NCBI RefSeq assembly: GCF_009914755.1 | Contig: NC_060926.1 | Source: the human T2T-CHM13v2.0 reference genome, Homo sapiens | Direction: 5' to 3' (one strand) | DNA: 64,000 bases | Shown: positions 17,681 to 30,700 of the stretch, piece after piece | How the letters are laid out: each line of letters opens with the position of its first letter | Numbering within the stretch: position 1 is the stretch's first letter | Translations under genes and position numbers: made by a program | The notes under the pieces: generated by a model | Told to the model about the DNA's origin: nothing | Database searches by the model: none | What the model saw: only the letters and a program-made list of their open reading frames with translations

Positions 17681-19088
17681 GATTTCTTTTAGAGCTTTAA
17701 CAACAGAAATTATATTCTTAGATTTCCAGTTATATAAAAAGTTCATCAAAAGAAAAAAATAACTTTAGTGATAATAATAATTAGAGACTGAATTTGAATG
17801 TGCTTCGAGATGCCTTTAACTCCTGATTTTTCTTTCTTGCAAAACAAAGAATATCCAATAGAGCAGAGAAATATAATTTTATTAATTCAAATTTCCCTTA
17901 GAAGAGTACAAAAAACTTCATAGAAAGATATGTGATATTCACATTACCCAGGAGACCAAGATTTGAAAAAAGGGAGTGGGCTCAAATATAATCTTTTTTT
18001 CTTGTTTAAAGTAATTTTAATTCCTTTTCTGAAAACATAAGAGATTTACATTCTGTGTTACTGACATTTTTGTGTTGAAATTTCAACATTAAAATTACAT
18101 CACATAGACTTTAAATGTTTATTAAATGAATTAAACTTTATTATTTATGTGGAAGTTACAAAATCTTGAAACCATACTGAAGATATTAATCTCTTTTATA
18201 TATAAAAAGTCGGGAATTAATCACTTCCCAAATCAAACACAAATGATTAAAAGAGCTGAATATACTGCCTTTATAAAAGTAATTCTTAAAATAAGAAAAC
18301 AATGTGAAGAAACAAGGAATATGCTATAAACCAGAAGATACTAAATGAGAACTAGGTTGGAATGAGCTAATAGCACAATTGTAAGTCATAGTTCAAAAGT
18401 TAAATTAATAGTAAAATTAGAATAAATGCTATATTTATGAAAAATTAAATTAAAAATATGAGTATTACTTATAGTTTTAGAGTTTTTTAATATATTGATA
18501 CAGTCCACTTAAAATATCTTTTAATAAAGGTAATAAGTTTTTTACATTTTTAAAAAAGTAATCAAAAAGCACAGAGCTGCGTGAAAGAAGCTTTCTAGAT
18601 GTTCTCTACGAACAGTCGTATATAGTTTTGCTTAAATGAAATCATAGAATACTCATGCCACTTGATTTTTCTCACTTGAGAATATACAATATTTCTCCTT
18701 GCTTTTTCTACATAGAGATTTGCTTAACGTGTCTTATGGTTGATAACATTCTGTTTTATGGATATACTATTACTTATTTAAATAATTTCTGCTACAAACA
18801 AGGCAATACCTTTACAGTTACCTTTGCTTACTTGTGCAAGGATGTCTGCAGGATAACCTCCTTGAAATAGAGTTCAAAGATGTGAACACTTAAAATTTTG
18901 ACAGATGTTGCTGGATTGACCTCAAAATGTTTTTCCAAGTTCCTTTTTGGATTGCTATTTGATGGGGACAGATCTATACAGACTTTCTTTGGGTCTAGAT
19001 ATGGTGTATGTGGATTCTCAGTGGCTCTCTGTGCCCCTTCATCTGGGCCATATTTATAGACTCCATTTGGTTTAAAATCTATATGCTA

Positions 19089-19406
19089 GGCCGGGCATGG
19101 TGGCTCATGCCTGTAATCTCAGCACTTTGGGAGGCTCAGGCGGGTGGATCACGAGGTCAGGAGTTCAAGACCAGCCTGATCAACATGGTGAAACCCCGTC
19201 TCAACTAAAAATACAAAAATTAGCCGGGTATGGTGGCGCGTGCCTGTAATCCCAGCTACTCAGGAGACTGAGGCAAGATAATTGCTTGAACCCGGGAGGT
19301 GGAGTTTGCAGTGAGCCAAGATTGAGCCACTGCACTCCAGCCTGGGCAACAGGGTGAGACTCTGTCTCAAAAACAAGCAAGCAAACAAACAAACAAACAA
19401 AACAAA
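19089..19406 (+). mobile_element. AluS (Sg-like) with (CAAA)n tail
   Basis: Full Alu; TSD CTATATGCTA. Confidence 0.95.
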
Positions 19407-20589
19407 CTATATGCTAAGTTATTCTCGACTAGACTCTGCATTCTATCATCTAAGGGAGACAGCAAGCTGGTTGGAGGCTGAATCAATCATGATTACTGGA
19501 TTGGTTCTGTTTTCTTCTTCTGTAATGATGTTCTAAATCTCCCCACTTGGTTCACTCTCCCAGTTAGAAATTTACCCTCTACCTATGGGGCATAGTTATG
19601 AATTTCAGATTCTTTCTCCCAATTCAGGGATTAGCAGACACCTGCTTTCTTCAGAAAGAAGACACCACTAAATTTTTTTTCTCCAGCATCTTTGTCTTAT
19701 TTCTTCTCTTTTCCTTCTGTAAAGTCTCAGCTTATGGTTGGAACCTACTACCTCTGGCTTTTTCCCATCTTCTTCCCAAACAGAGAAAAACAAAACTGAG
19801 TCCTGGTGGTTCTTCCCTTTTATGATGAGTCACTCACTCTCTATGAAAACAAGGGAGGACTTATGTTCTAGAAGGAGCTCTTTGGATTTGTCTCCCCTTG
19901 ACTGCCCACACATCCTCTCAATACACTTCCCTGCAAATTAAGGAGGCCAAGGGGGGGTCTTTGGGAATGCATCCATTCATGTTTCCTATAATACCGATCC
20001 AAAAGACTGAGATAGGATCTGTAGATCAAGATTCCCAGTATCTCCTATCGTCACAAACTTTATCAAGCATTATTTAATGAGCACTGCAGAGACTTCTTTG
20101 CTGCTGTTTATTTTGAAGTTTTAGGACTAACAAAGAATTATCATCCTGCAAATACCCTGCCATTTCCTCTGGAAGTCCTAATGATGCCAGCTTAGGCCCA
20201 CCCGAAGGAGGCTACCCCTCATGCCTTGGAGCCATGTAATCTTCACTTTTCAACCATGTTTTCACTACAGTTAGTTGTGATGAGGGGAAGCTTGTCCCTT
20301 CTCATTTCTGTAGAAGGGGGAGTACTTATTCCCATTGGGTAGAAGTATGAGAGAATGTCTTCCAAGGTCTTTCTCTCTGTCCCACCCTTTACATTTATCT
20401 GAAAGAGGAAGCTAAGTTTTCTTGATTGTTGAAATTGGGAGAAACAAGAAAAGAAAATGAAGCACGGAGGCTCAGCCTTCGCAGAGTTGCTATTTCTGGC
20501 AGCCTGTTATCAGCTCTGGATTGGGAGGCCTCTACTGGGTAGGTTGTTAATTAAACAGAAGATTCGAGTATTAGCCAGCCTAGATCTAA

Positions 20590-20915
<326 letters not shown>

Positions 20916-22625
20916 CTTTTTTTTTTCTTCGAATGCCGATATTTCTCCATTTGTCACACTCCACGTGTGTCACTCAACTGGTACCTAACCCAGGGGCTTG
21001 GGGGTGAGCAAGAGTATTATTCCTCAGTCCCATAAGCCCCAACATGCCCTATATTTGTAGGGTTGTATAATCTGCATATCCAAAGAAGAAAAAGTGTTCT
21101 TTCCCTTGGCATAATCCAGGAATGTGATCCTGAAGATGAAGACACATTCTGATTTTAAAAATATATAGTGGAGAACTAGCTACTAAAATATAGAGAACCA
21201 AATACCTATATTACTGAGAAATAATAAATTTATTATTTTTGTGAAATTCTTCTGAAATTTCTTATCTTGTCTACCCTGGAGATTTAAAGGAATTTCTAAA
21301 TTATATGCCCCTGCAACATTTCTGGAAATCAGTCTCTACAGAGATTTTTTAAAGTTCAATATCCTAGTAAGTTGTTTTTATTACTCTCTGTTATTCACCT
21401 GCGACCACAGCACAGCAGCATCAGGTAAGGTGTGGTACCTGATGAGAGTTGAGGGGCCGGGACAATCAGACTTTAGCTGCTATTCTAACTAACCAAGAGA
21501 TCAATCCAAAAGCATTTCTACTTGCTTCCCCCTCCCACCCATACAAACACAATAGATCTCTTGATTTAAATGAGGAAATATAAAAATTATAAGATTCACT
21601 GTATGCAAAAAAAGGATGTTTTAAATTAAGAGCAAACTTTTACAAATGAACATTTAGGTATATATTTGTATTCCCTTCTTGCCCATGATAACTTATCACC
21701 GTGAAAACTCAGGCAGAAGATGACACAGAAAACCCACTATGCAAAACCTCAGCATGGCCTGGAAACTGACACCAGCAACACCTGAGAGGTATTTTGTCAA
21801 TGGATCAGCCACAGGAAAAGCCTCTTTGAATATCCTTCCACCTACTTAGAGGAAAGGATCTGGTCTCCTCTCTTCCCAATTACCATTTTAGGAATTTTTG
21901 GTTTCACAAAGGAAAGAATCCTCCAGAGGGTGCTTTTCCACTTGCTCTTACCTTTCAAACTTGCATATTTTCACCAGTTTCAATAAAACCTGGGACTTGA
22001 AAATGTCCAGGTAAAAAAGAAGTTACATTATGAGAAAAGAAAAGCATTTCTCAAAATAAGTGCTTTTCTGATTTAAAAAAGTAAACATTAAAAAAAATTA
22101 TTCATTATCTTATAATCACAATTAATAGATTTATGTTTTTCCATTGATTTTTACCCCCAGGTATACTCAAACGTACACATAATTATGACAAATATGTTTT
22201 AGGTTTTATCTTCTTATTTATACAATCATTTTAAGTTTCTTATTATTTCTTCAAAAACATGATGTATATTAGCATCATATATTCCTTTATATAACAAAGA
22301 GGATTCTACATTTTCAAAGCCATGATGTTCCTAACAAATTTACAAAAAAGATGAACAGTTAACTCAAAAAAGCGGCAAGAATTATTAAACAGTGATATGT
22401 TAAAATATGCATGTAATAAAAATGCAATTTTTAAGATTAGGGTTAATTTTTTACCTACAAATTTGAGGAAGGCAGTATTTAAATCATTGTATACAATGCT
22501 GACAGGTAACTCAGTGGAATATCTTTAAAGCCATAAACATTTTAACATCTACTAAAGATATTAAAAGGAATTCTAACTTCCAGATATTTATCTAATAATA
22601 TAGGTAATATAAGGAGATCCATATA

Positions 22626-22662
<37 letters not shown>

Positions 22663-22796
22663 ATGCCCTATAGCTTAATTTGCAATTGTAAAAAAATAAA
22701 ACTTGAGACAAACTATTCAAAAATAGAGTGTACATGACTACATTATGCCATAACTAAGCTTGGTAATGTTAGGCAGACATTAAAAATGATATAAAC

Positions 22797-22844
22797 TTTA
22801 TGTAATAATTTAAAAAGAGATTTATGTAATAATTTAAAAAGAGA
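22797..22844. repeat. Perfect 24-bp tandem duplication
   Basis: TTTATGTAATAATTTAAAAAGAGA x2 (22797-22820, 22821-22844). Confidence 0.95.
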
Positions 22845-23021
22845 CAGGATACACGGGAAAACAAAACATGTTATTGTGTAAAAACTTACATCTGAAGACA
22901 GATATCGCCACTAGCTGCATTTAGGTGTGAGATTCTAGATTTTTTTCCTTCTATATTTCTCTTTTCCTGTCCCGTTTTGAAAATTTATTATTTAACTTTC
23001 TGGTGTACTTATCCAACCTTT

Positions 23022-23197
23022 TCTTTTTTTTTTTTTATTTTTTTGTCTTTAGAGATGGGGTCTTGCTCTGTCACCCGGGCTGGACAGCAGTGGCGCAATC
23101 ATAGCTCACTGCAGCTTTGAACTCCTGGCCTCAAGTGATCCTCCTGCCTCAGTCTCCCAACTAGCTGGGATTACAGGTGCAAGCTACTGTGCCTAGC
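23022..23197 (-). mobile_element. Free right Alu monomer (FRAM-like)
   Basis: Single monomer with T-tail bounded by 16-bp TSD TACTTATCCAA(C/T)CTTT. Confidence 0.8.
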
Positions 23198-23549
23198 TAC
23201 TTATCCAATCTTTAATAGTGACTACAACTGTGACAAGAGCAGAAGGAGTGGAGGAAAGGAAAGGAGACAATTATTACTAAATAAGTAGTTGCATACACTA
23301 AAAATGATTAAATTCTCTCATTTTACTTACCATACAAACGTCAAAAATTTACGGCCAAAATTATGAGCCATTTTTTTATTTTCAATATTAATTATCACAA
23401 ATGCATCTTTTATCCTTGAATGTAGTAAACATTCATGAAATGCCTGATGAATTGACCCCAGCTGTGGACTGAGATGAGGGTAGGGAGTTATTTTCATTCA
23501 ATGTCATAATATAGCTCTCTAGAACAACTTCCAACATAAAACCACAGCT

Positions 23550-23857
23550 GGCTGAGCATGGTGGCTTATGCCTGTAATCCCAACATTTTGGGAGGCCAAG
23601 GTAAGAGGGTTGCTTGAGGTCAGGAGTTCAACACCAGCTTGGGCAGCATGGAGAGATTCCCATCTCCACTGAGACAAACAAAAAAAAAATTAGCCCGGCA
23701 TGGTGGCTCACACCTATAGTCCCAGCTACTTGAGAGGCTGAGACAGGATGATCACTTGAGTCCAGGAGTTCAAGGCTGCAGTGAGCTATGATCAAGCCAC
23801 TATACACTGTATCAAGCCCAGTCTGGGCAACAGAGTGAGACCTTGTCTCACAAAAAG
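23550..23857 (+). mobile_element. AluJ-like
   Basis: Alu dimer with a small internal duplication of ATCAAGCC. Confidence 0.9.
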
Positions 23858-25121
23858 AATCAACAGCTAAAATAATGTTTTATGAACATAAAATGATATT
23901 TCATGCACATGAACTGGCTATGAAGACAATCACCTTTGATCACACACTTCCACTGGATCACCGTCCTCCCATGTCTTTCTAGGTATTCCCTAAGTCATCA
24001 GATCTCTTTACATAGGTAATTAATAAATGTATACATGCATTAATTAATTAAAAACAATTAAAAACAATGTCTGGACTGGTTCATTTAAAAGATGACTGGC
24101 AATTTCTAGTGCTTGCTAGTATACACTGAATATCAATTTCATGTTTTGATATTTGTTTTGAAGGGTCGGCTACATTTAAAACAGCATACACCACTGATGG
24201 ACTATGAGACTCCAGTCTCTAGAAACTGGGACAAATCTCATAGACCGACTTGATCCATACCTTCAAACTCAAAGTTTCCTACGATCTCATTCAAAGTAAT
24301 GGCATGCTGTGTCCAGTTATTAATTATACAGCTGCTACTAGAATGGCTAATGGCATGGCATAAAGATGCATCCTCAGAGAGATTTAGGTCCTTCTGCCCT
24401 TCCCTTAACAAGAGTACATTCTTCCTCATTGCAATCTCCCATCAAAGTCAATGTTGCAAATATTCTATTCGTTGTGATGGGACTTCAGCTCATGGTTAGG
24501 AAACATGAGGAAAGCTAAGTACAAAGTAATTTACAAAGTAATAACAATGTTTCCTACCCAGGCGATAGCTCAGAGGGGATTTAATTGGATAAAATTACCC
24601 CTTTCCAAGAATAATACTTTATACTTTATGTCATAATTATCACTGGAGGATCTTGAAGAGATTTATGAACATTGATTAAACATCAGCACACCATTTTGAG
24701 GGAGGCAATAGTAATAGTATTTTACTGAGCCCAGAGAAGGATGGTTTCCTATTCCAAAGCACACAGCTAACAGTCAAAAAATAGCCCAATCTGCACTGAC
24801 TTGATGTTAGGACTGTTGTTAAGTAAGATTATGGAGCTTTGGGAGCATCTCACTTCCATAACATATTATAACTAAAGAGGCAAAAAAAAAAAAAAAGTTT
24901 TATGTTTCCCAGTGTATCTTATAATAGCCGCAAATAAATGCATTTCTGATCATCAGAGTTGGAAAATACGTGAATCGCTTTTCTTGATCTCCTAAGATTT
25001 TAGTTGGAAAAGTTCTTTTTATAATTAGTTTGCCCATGTTCAGCTGTTAAACATTTGGTATCAGAATCAAATATGAAATTCACAAATCACTGGAACTAGG
25101 AGGAATATCAAAAACAGGGTC

Positions 25122-25437
25122 GGCCAGGCGCGGTGGCTCATGCCTGTAATCCCAGCATTTGGAAGGCCGAGAAGGGCGGATCACCTAAGGCCGGGAATTC
25201 GAGACCAGCCTGGCCAACATGGTGAAACCTCGTCTCTACTAAAAATACACAAAAAATTAGTCGGGCGTGGTTTGAGGGTTCCTGCAATCCCAGCTACACA
25301 GGAGGCTGAGGCAAGAGAATCGCACGAACCGGAGGGGGGCGGGGGAGCGGAGGCCGCAGTGAGCCGAGATCGCTCCATTGCACTACAGCCTGGGCAACAA
25401 GGGCGAAACTCCGTCTCAGAAAAAAAAAAAAAAAAAT
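25122..25437 (+). mobile_element. AluSq/Sp-like, CpG-rich, with a G-rich insertion
   Basis: Alu dimer ending ggcaacaagggcgaaactccgtctc plus poly(A). Confidence 0.9.
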
Positions 25438-25613
25438 ACGGTCAAGTCTTTTTGATTTCCAGATGAGGAATCTAGTGCCCAAGTGGGAGTGAAGGATAAA
25501 AAGGGGTCTCAGTGTAAATAATAAAGAGGCTCTACCATTGTTGAAATGCCTCTGGTTACAAAGAATGCCCCCACATGGCTTTTAAGGCCCTGACTGCTTA
25601 CTTTGCTGGGCAA

Positions 25614-25661
25614 TTGAATAGGTGTAAATAATTCTTGAGTTGAATAGGTGTAAATAATTCT
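25614..25661. repeat. 22-bp direct repeat with 4-bp spacer
   Basis: TTGAATAGGTGTAAATAATTCT at 25614-25635 and 25640-25661. Confidence 0.95.
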
Positions 25662-27554
25662 GTGGCCTAGCATAAAAGTGAAACTAATGGCAGGAGGGCA
25701 CGTTTTCAGTTCAGTGCAATCCAACATAAAAAAAGATATCAAATTCTAAAGTTCTAATTTCATTGTTATAGCAACCTCAATAGACTTGGATGCTACCAAA
25801 ATGAAATAATGTGTATCAAAACTTCTATTCCAGTGCCTGGCATAGAAGAAGCTCTCAATCAGCATCTCCTCTTTTGCTTCATCTAGCCCTCCCCACCTCC
25901 TCTAGCCTTCCCAGAGCCTGAGATCTAAAATTGCTTGATCCACATATCTATATATGCCTTAAATACTGCAGAGCAGATTTTGTTTGTATTTGCAGAAGCT
26001 TCAACTACTCTATCAGATGTTTCTTTAAAAGCTTATAAATTATTCTCTAAGCTTTCTTTAAAAACAAATAAACATTAAAATGAATATGCTTGCATTAAAG
26101 TTCATAATCAATAAAGTATGATCAGGAGTGGAGTTACAGAAAGTTGTATATCTACAAATTAGTCAGACTAGTAGCTGTCACGTGAGTCTGTGTTTGGGAC
26201 AAAAGCCTCAAAACCTCTCAAAGAAGTTGTAGACCCTCAATTCTACAAGTGCTCCTCCTGGCCAAACCTCCTGCTTTGGGAAGGTGAGCAAGACTCGCTA
26301 TCTTTACACAGAAAGTGAATTCCGATTTCTCTTTGCTCAACAAGCCCAGAGGAAATCAAAACATAGAAATTGAACATTTGTTGTTGTTGTTGTTAAGCTT
26401 CCTTCTACACAATTCAGTTGACAAATTAGCCACACAAAGATAGGTTCTGATGACCCAGTGACCTTTCCTTTATTCCACTATGTTTAAAATACCTTTTCCA
26501 TAATTTCAGGAATTCTTTAAAGTAATAAAAATATGATGACGATGATGATAACGACGAAGAACGGGCAATGTGGCTATATCTGCTAAATTGCCTTTTAAAC
26601 ATAGAAACTATGACAAGGCTAATCATTTTTGCTATTCTCTTTTAGAAGACACAAAATATCTAATATTTAAATCTTGATCCTTTCACCTTGCCTCCTCCCC
26701 CGCCCCCGCCCACCACATGACGGGTTATTCAACCCACAATCAAATGATTTCACTATATTGCAGGAGAAAATATTTTGGAAGTAAAACTATGTCTTTAATA
26801 TTTCCAAGGAAAATAATTCATATCTGATAAAAGCAATACTTTTAGATATGTCACATGCAAAATGTACCATATAATTAGAAGTGAATTTAGACAGAAAGAT
26901 AGAAAGATGAAATATAAAAGCGCATAATTAGTGCACTGTTATAATTAGCAAATAGTTCTCAATCCCATGGTAACTGCACTTTGAAAAGGACTCCTGCCGG
27001 TTAACTAATATTTCCTGAAAGCAGTTTTCTTCTCTCTTTTTAAATACAAAGTTTGAATCACTGTCTTCTTGAAAACCATGTTATAAAATGTCATAAATTG
27101 ATTTGTGTCTATATTATAGTTTTTAAAATGCAAAAAGACATATCAACTATAAGGACAAAACAAACATGTTTGTAGAATAAAAGAACTATAATCAATCTAT
27201 ACAATGGCTTTGTGTCATATGTATAATTTTGAGTGTGCTCTTTGAAAAATGAACATTATTTGCACCACAAAAATGCCCTTGAAATACAGAGAAGCAAACA
27301 TTTCACATTGAATATGGATAATCAGTTCAAAGTACCTGGACAATGACAACAGTGAAACTTTCTCGGGATATAAGTGGAAGTTTCTGGAGAAGTTTAAATA
27401 TTTTTAATCTTATAGTAGATCTTAAGGAAAGAAAGAGAAAAGAACTAAAAAAATTAAGCAAAAATAAGTATTTTCTCATTTTTTTTCTCATAACCCTCCA
27501 AATGTTTACTTAATACAATGATACAGTTACAGAGAGATTTTTTCCAAATTGAAA

Positions 27555-27720
27555 ACAGGACTCAGGAGGCTGAGTTCCGGTACACAGTCTTTGATTCTAA
27601 ACAATTGTGTGGCCCTCATCTGTGAAATAGGGCTGATGGTATGTTCTTACAGGGTTTGGAGGAGTAAACTAAGATAGTAGACCTGAAGAGGGGAAGGGGG
27701 ATGTTTTGCAAACTGTGATG
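27555..27720 (+). mobile_element. Degraded MIR fragment
   Basis: cctcatctgtgaaatagggctgatggta...cttacagggtttggaggagtaaactaagata. Confidence 0.5.
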
Positions 27721-30700
27721 TTTTGTTAAAGACAAAAATTGAATTCTCAATCATATCCCTGAGTATCAAAGACTTGTTTAGAACAGAAAATTAACTTTGC
27801 CTGAATAATAATATTCTGAGTGAAACAGTGTAAAACCAAAAAGTTGGCAAAGTTACCAATTATAGGAAACAGGACCCAAAAGTTAGTCAAACCCTTTCAG
27901 TCAAATTGAGATTGGCTAGGGCAGCAGTGACATGTGGTGACATTAGTGAGAAGGGCAACCTGACAGCAGAACAGAGAGAAAAGACTAATTTATGAAATTT
28001 GCAACAGACTGGCCTTTTTAATCACGATCCGAAAAATGTCAGTGACAATGAAAGAGGCATGTAAACTCTGAAACAGTCTTTAAAGCTCACGTCTTCTTGA
28101 AAGTTTCCAAGAAGACAGAAGTAGGATGGTGGGAATGGCTTTGGTGTCTAGGTTAACTGGAGAGTACAAAGTACGTAATGACCCCGAGCAGCTTCCTTCA
28201 GTCTATGACAATGGTTAAGAATTTTTTTGAGGAAGTGTTCTTCAAGAGGGAATCTGTCGCACAACTGAATGGTCCCCTAAGCACAAAGAGAAGAACAAAC
28301 TTGGCTCATAGATTTGTGATTATTGTTCACATCAGCTCCTGGCTCATATATGGCTTTATAGATGTCTTTAAGACCACTTGCTGCTCCCTGGAATGATTCT
28401 AATATAGGAGGTACATTAGAGAGAGTGCCGTAAGAATAGCCTATATTAAAAAGAACTAGGTATGTAGCTTTTAAAGTGTGCCCATTTAGAATTATTGGAG
28501 TGGAAAGATTTTGATAAACTGAAACTTAAAAAGTGATAGGCCAAAAAAAATGCTGACTAATACCAGCAATAGGAGTATACATTTTTAGAAAGTGTTTTTA
28601 ATCAACTCCCCAGTATGGGGTTAATCAACTGTGTCAGCAGAACTAAATTACAGACTCATAGGAAAGGAAAGAGAAAATAAAAAGAAGACAATTTTGGAGC
28701 AATTCAAACTAATTCCTTCCTGGAGTAAAAAGCTAAAAGCACTAAGGAAGGCTTATTGGTTGAACTCCTGAACAAATAAGCCCTAAGCACCTAACGGGTT
28801 AAGAATATCCAAAAATATATAGTACTTTTTGGTCTAAATTAGGCTAGAATTTTTAAAGGATGCTAGCCAACTGTCAAAGAAATGCAAAAGTGCAAAATTA
28901 AAGAGCGTTAAATACTCAAGGAGAAAAAAGGTAGCTACCAGATACAGAATCATAAGTCAGGAAAGCGGCTGTGGGCACTTGGTTCTTACCAGGTCAGGAG
29001 AGCAGTTGGTCTCATTGAGCCAACAATTGCCAGTAGTGTGATATTGCTGAAATTTTAAATATGACTGAGTTTGACCTTCAAAGCAGTAGCTGGTTCCAGA
29101 GCATTTGAAGTTCATCCACACTCTACATTGTGCTTGGATATTGACTGAGAATCAGGATAAAGTGACAGTTATTAAAAGAGCCATAACTCTCTATTTTCAA
29201 CTTTGTGAATTTCAAGTTCTTAAGCATCCTGGTCATGCTAAGCAATGCCTTAGCATGCTTAGGCAGTAGGGAAAGTGCCTCCAAAAGTTAGACAACTTTT
29301 GTTGTCTGGCCAGTGGAGACGGGACTAAGTGTTTTAACTTCTAAAACACCAACAAATATCCAGACAAAATTTAATGGTACCAAAAAAAATCCTGTGCTTT
29401 TGACATCTTTCTGTTTACTTTAGTTCTTTCAGGTATATCTTTCAACGAAAATCTAAGTTGTCATTTTCAGACTTAAAGATCCATATGTGGAGTTTACAGT
29501 GCCTGAAGGTATTAAGGAATTCTTCTGACAATTTCCCTGTCGGGAGGATCTCAAAGAAGCGGGGAATTGAGAGTGAATGAATTTTTTTTTTAAGTCCAAA
29601 GTAAAGTTTTTATGTTTTTATTCCCTGGAATATAAAACACAGATTTCAATGTTTTGAAGGTTTTTATGAGAAATTATTGCCATTTTTTAATTGAATCTGG
29701 TATATTTTTCAAAAATTGCCTGTTATAATAAATTCAGGCCTTAGAAATATCTAAAACTGTAGCAATTACATTTCAAAATGCTGTCGTGTAAAATAGAGAC
29801 TTCATAGAATTTACTGATAGCAACAAGTATGGCAGTTACAGAAGTTTTACGAGACACAATTCCACTTTAAATGACAATGCTGAATTGCAAAACTAATTTC
29901 TTCCTAAAATTAGGGTTCATTGTTTCCTATTCATTAGTGTTCATTTCTTGATATCCTGAATAGTTCTGCTCTCCGTGGTCTTTGCGTGATAGTTGTTGAA
30001 AGGACTTAGTCATGCTGATATATAAAGTTAAAACTGTTCAGAACACAGCATATGCTTCCCAAAGTGGGATAAAGACGACTTAAGAGCATATACACAAGCA
30101 AACCATTTGAAATATTTTAGTGTATTTATTGTAGTCTGCATTAGGAAAATATACAAAAGAAATCGTAACTACAATAAAATGTCTCATTTGAAAACACATT
30201 ACTATGTTTTATTTTAGATGAGACTGTTTTTTAGAAAATAGTAATTCAGGGGGCATTAGAACAAGACAAAAACAAGTAAACAGAAAGATGTCAAAAGCAC
30301 AAGATTATTTTTTGTTACCATTATATTTTGTCTGGACAACTTAATCCTTTTCCTACTGGCCACTGTGTGTAATTGGTTGTAGTTGAGTCAGGGAAACATT
30401 GCTTTTGGATAACTCTCCAACCAAATTCCAAAACATCAACCTCCTTCAAATTTACTCTAAAATAAGTATGATGTGTTAACAGTAAAATTTTTTGCTTGTT
30501 ATGAAGCTATGCGTTTTCTGCCCAATTTTGTAATACAAAATCATTAAATATCAGAATCAAAAGTGTATTTAGAGATCAAAATACTGTAAGCAATTCATTT
30601 TGCAGGTGATTAAGTTCTTCTCACTCAATCAGCCCATCAGTGACTAAGCTAAAATTTGAACCCAAGTATCCTAATTCTCTCTGCCTCTCTTTCTCACTGC

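Noticed and set aside
26533-26562. (GAT/GAC)n run reading DDDDDNDEE
   Set aside because: Short trinucleotide repeat with no ORF or splice context.
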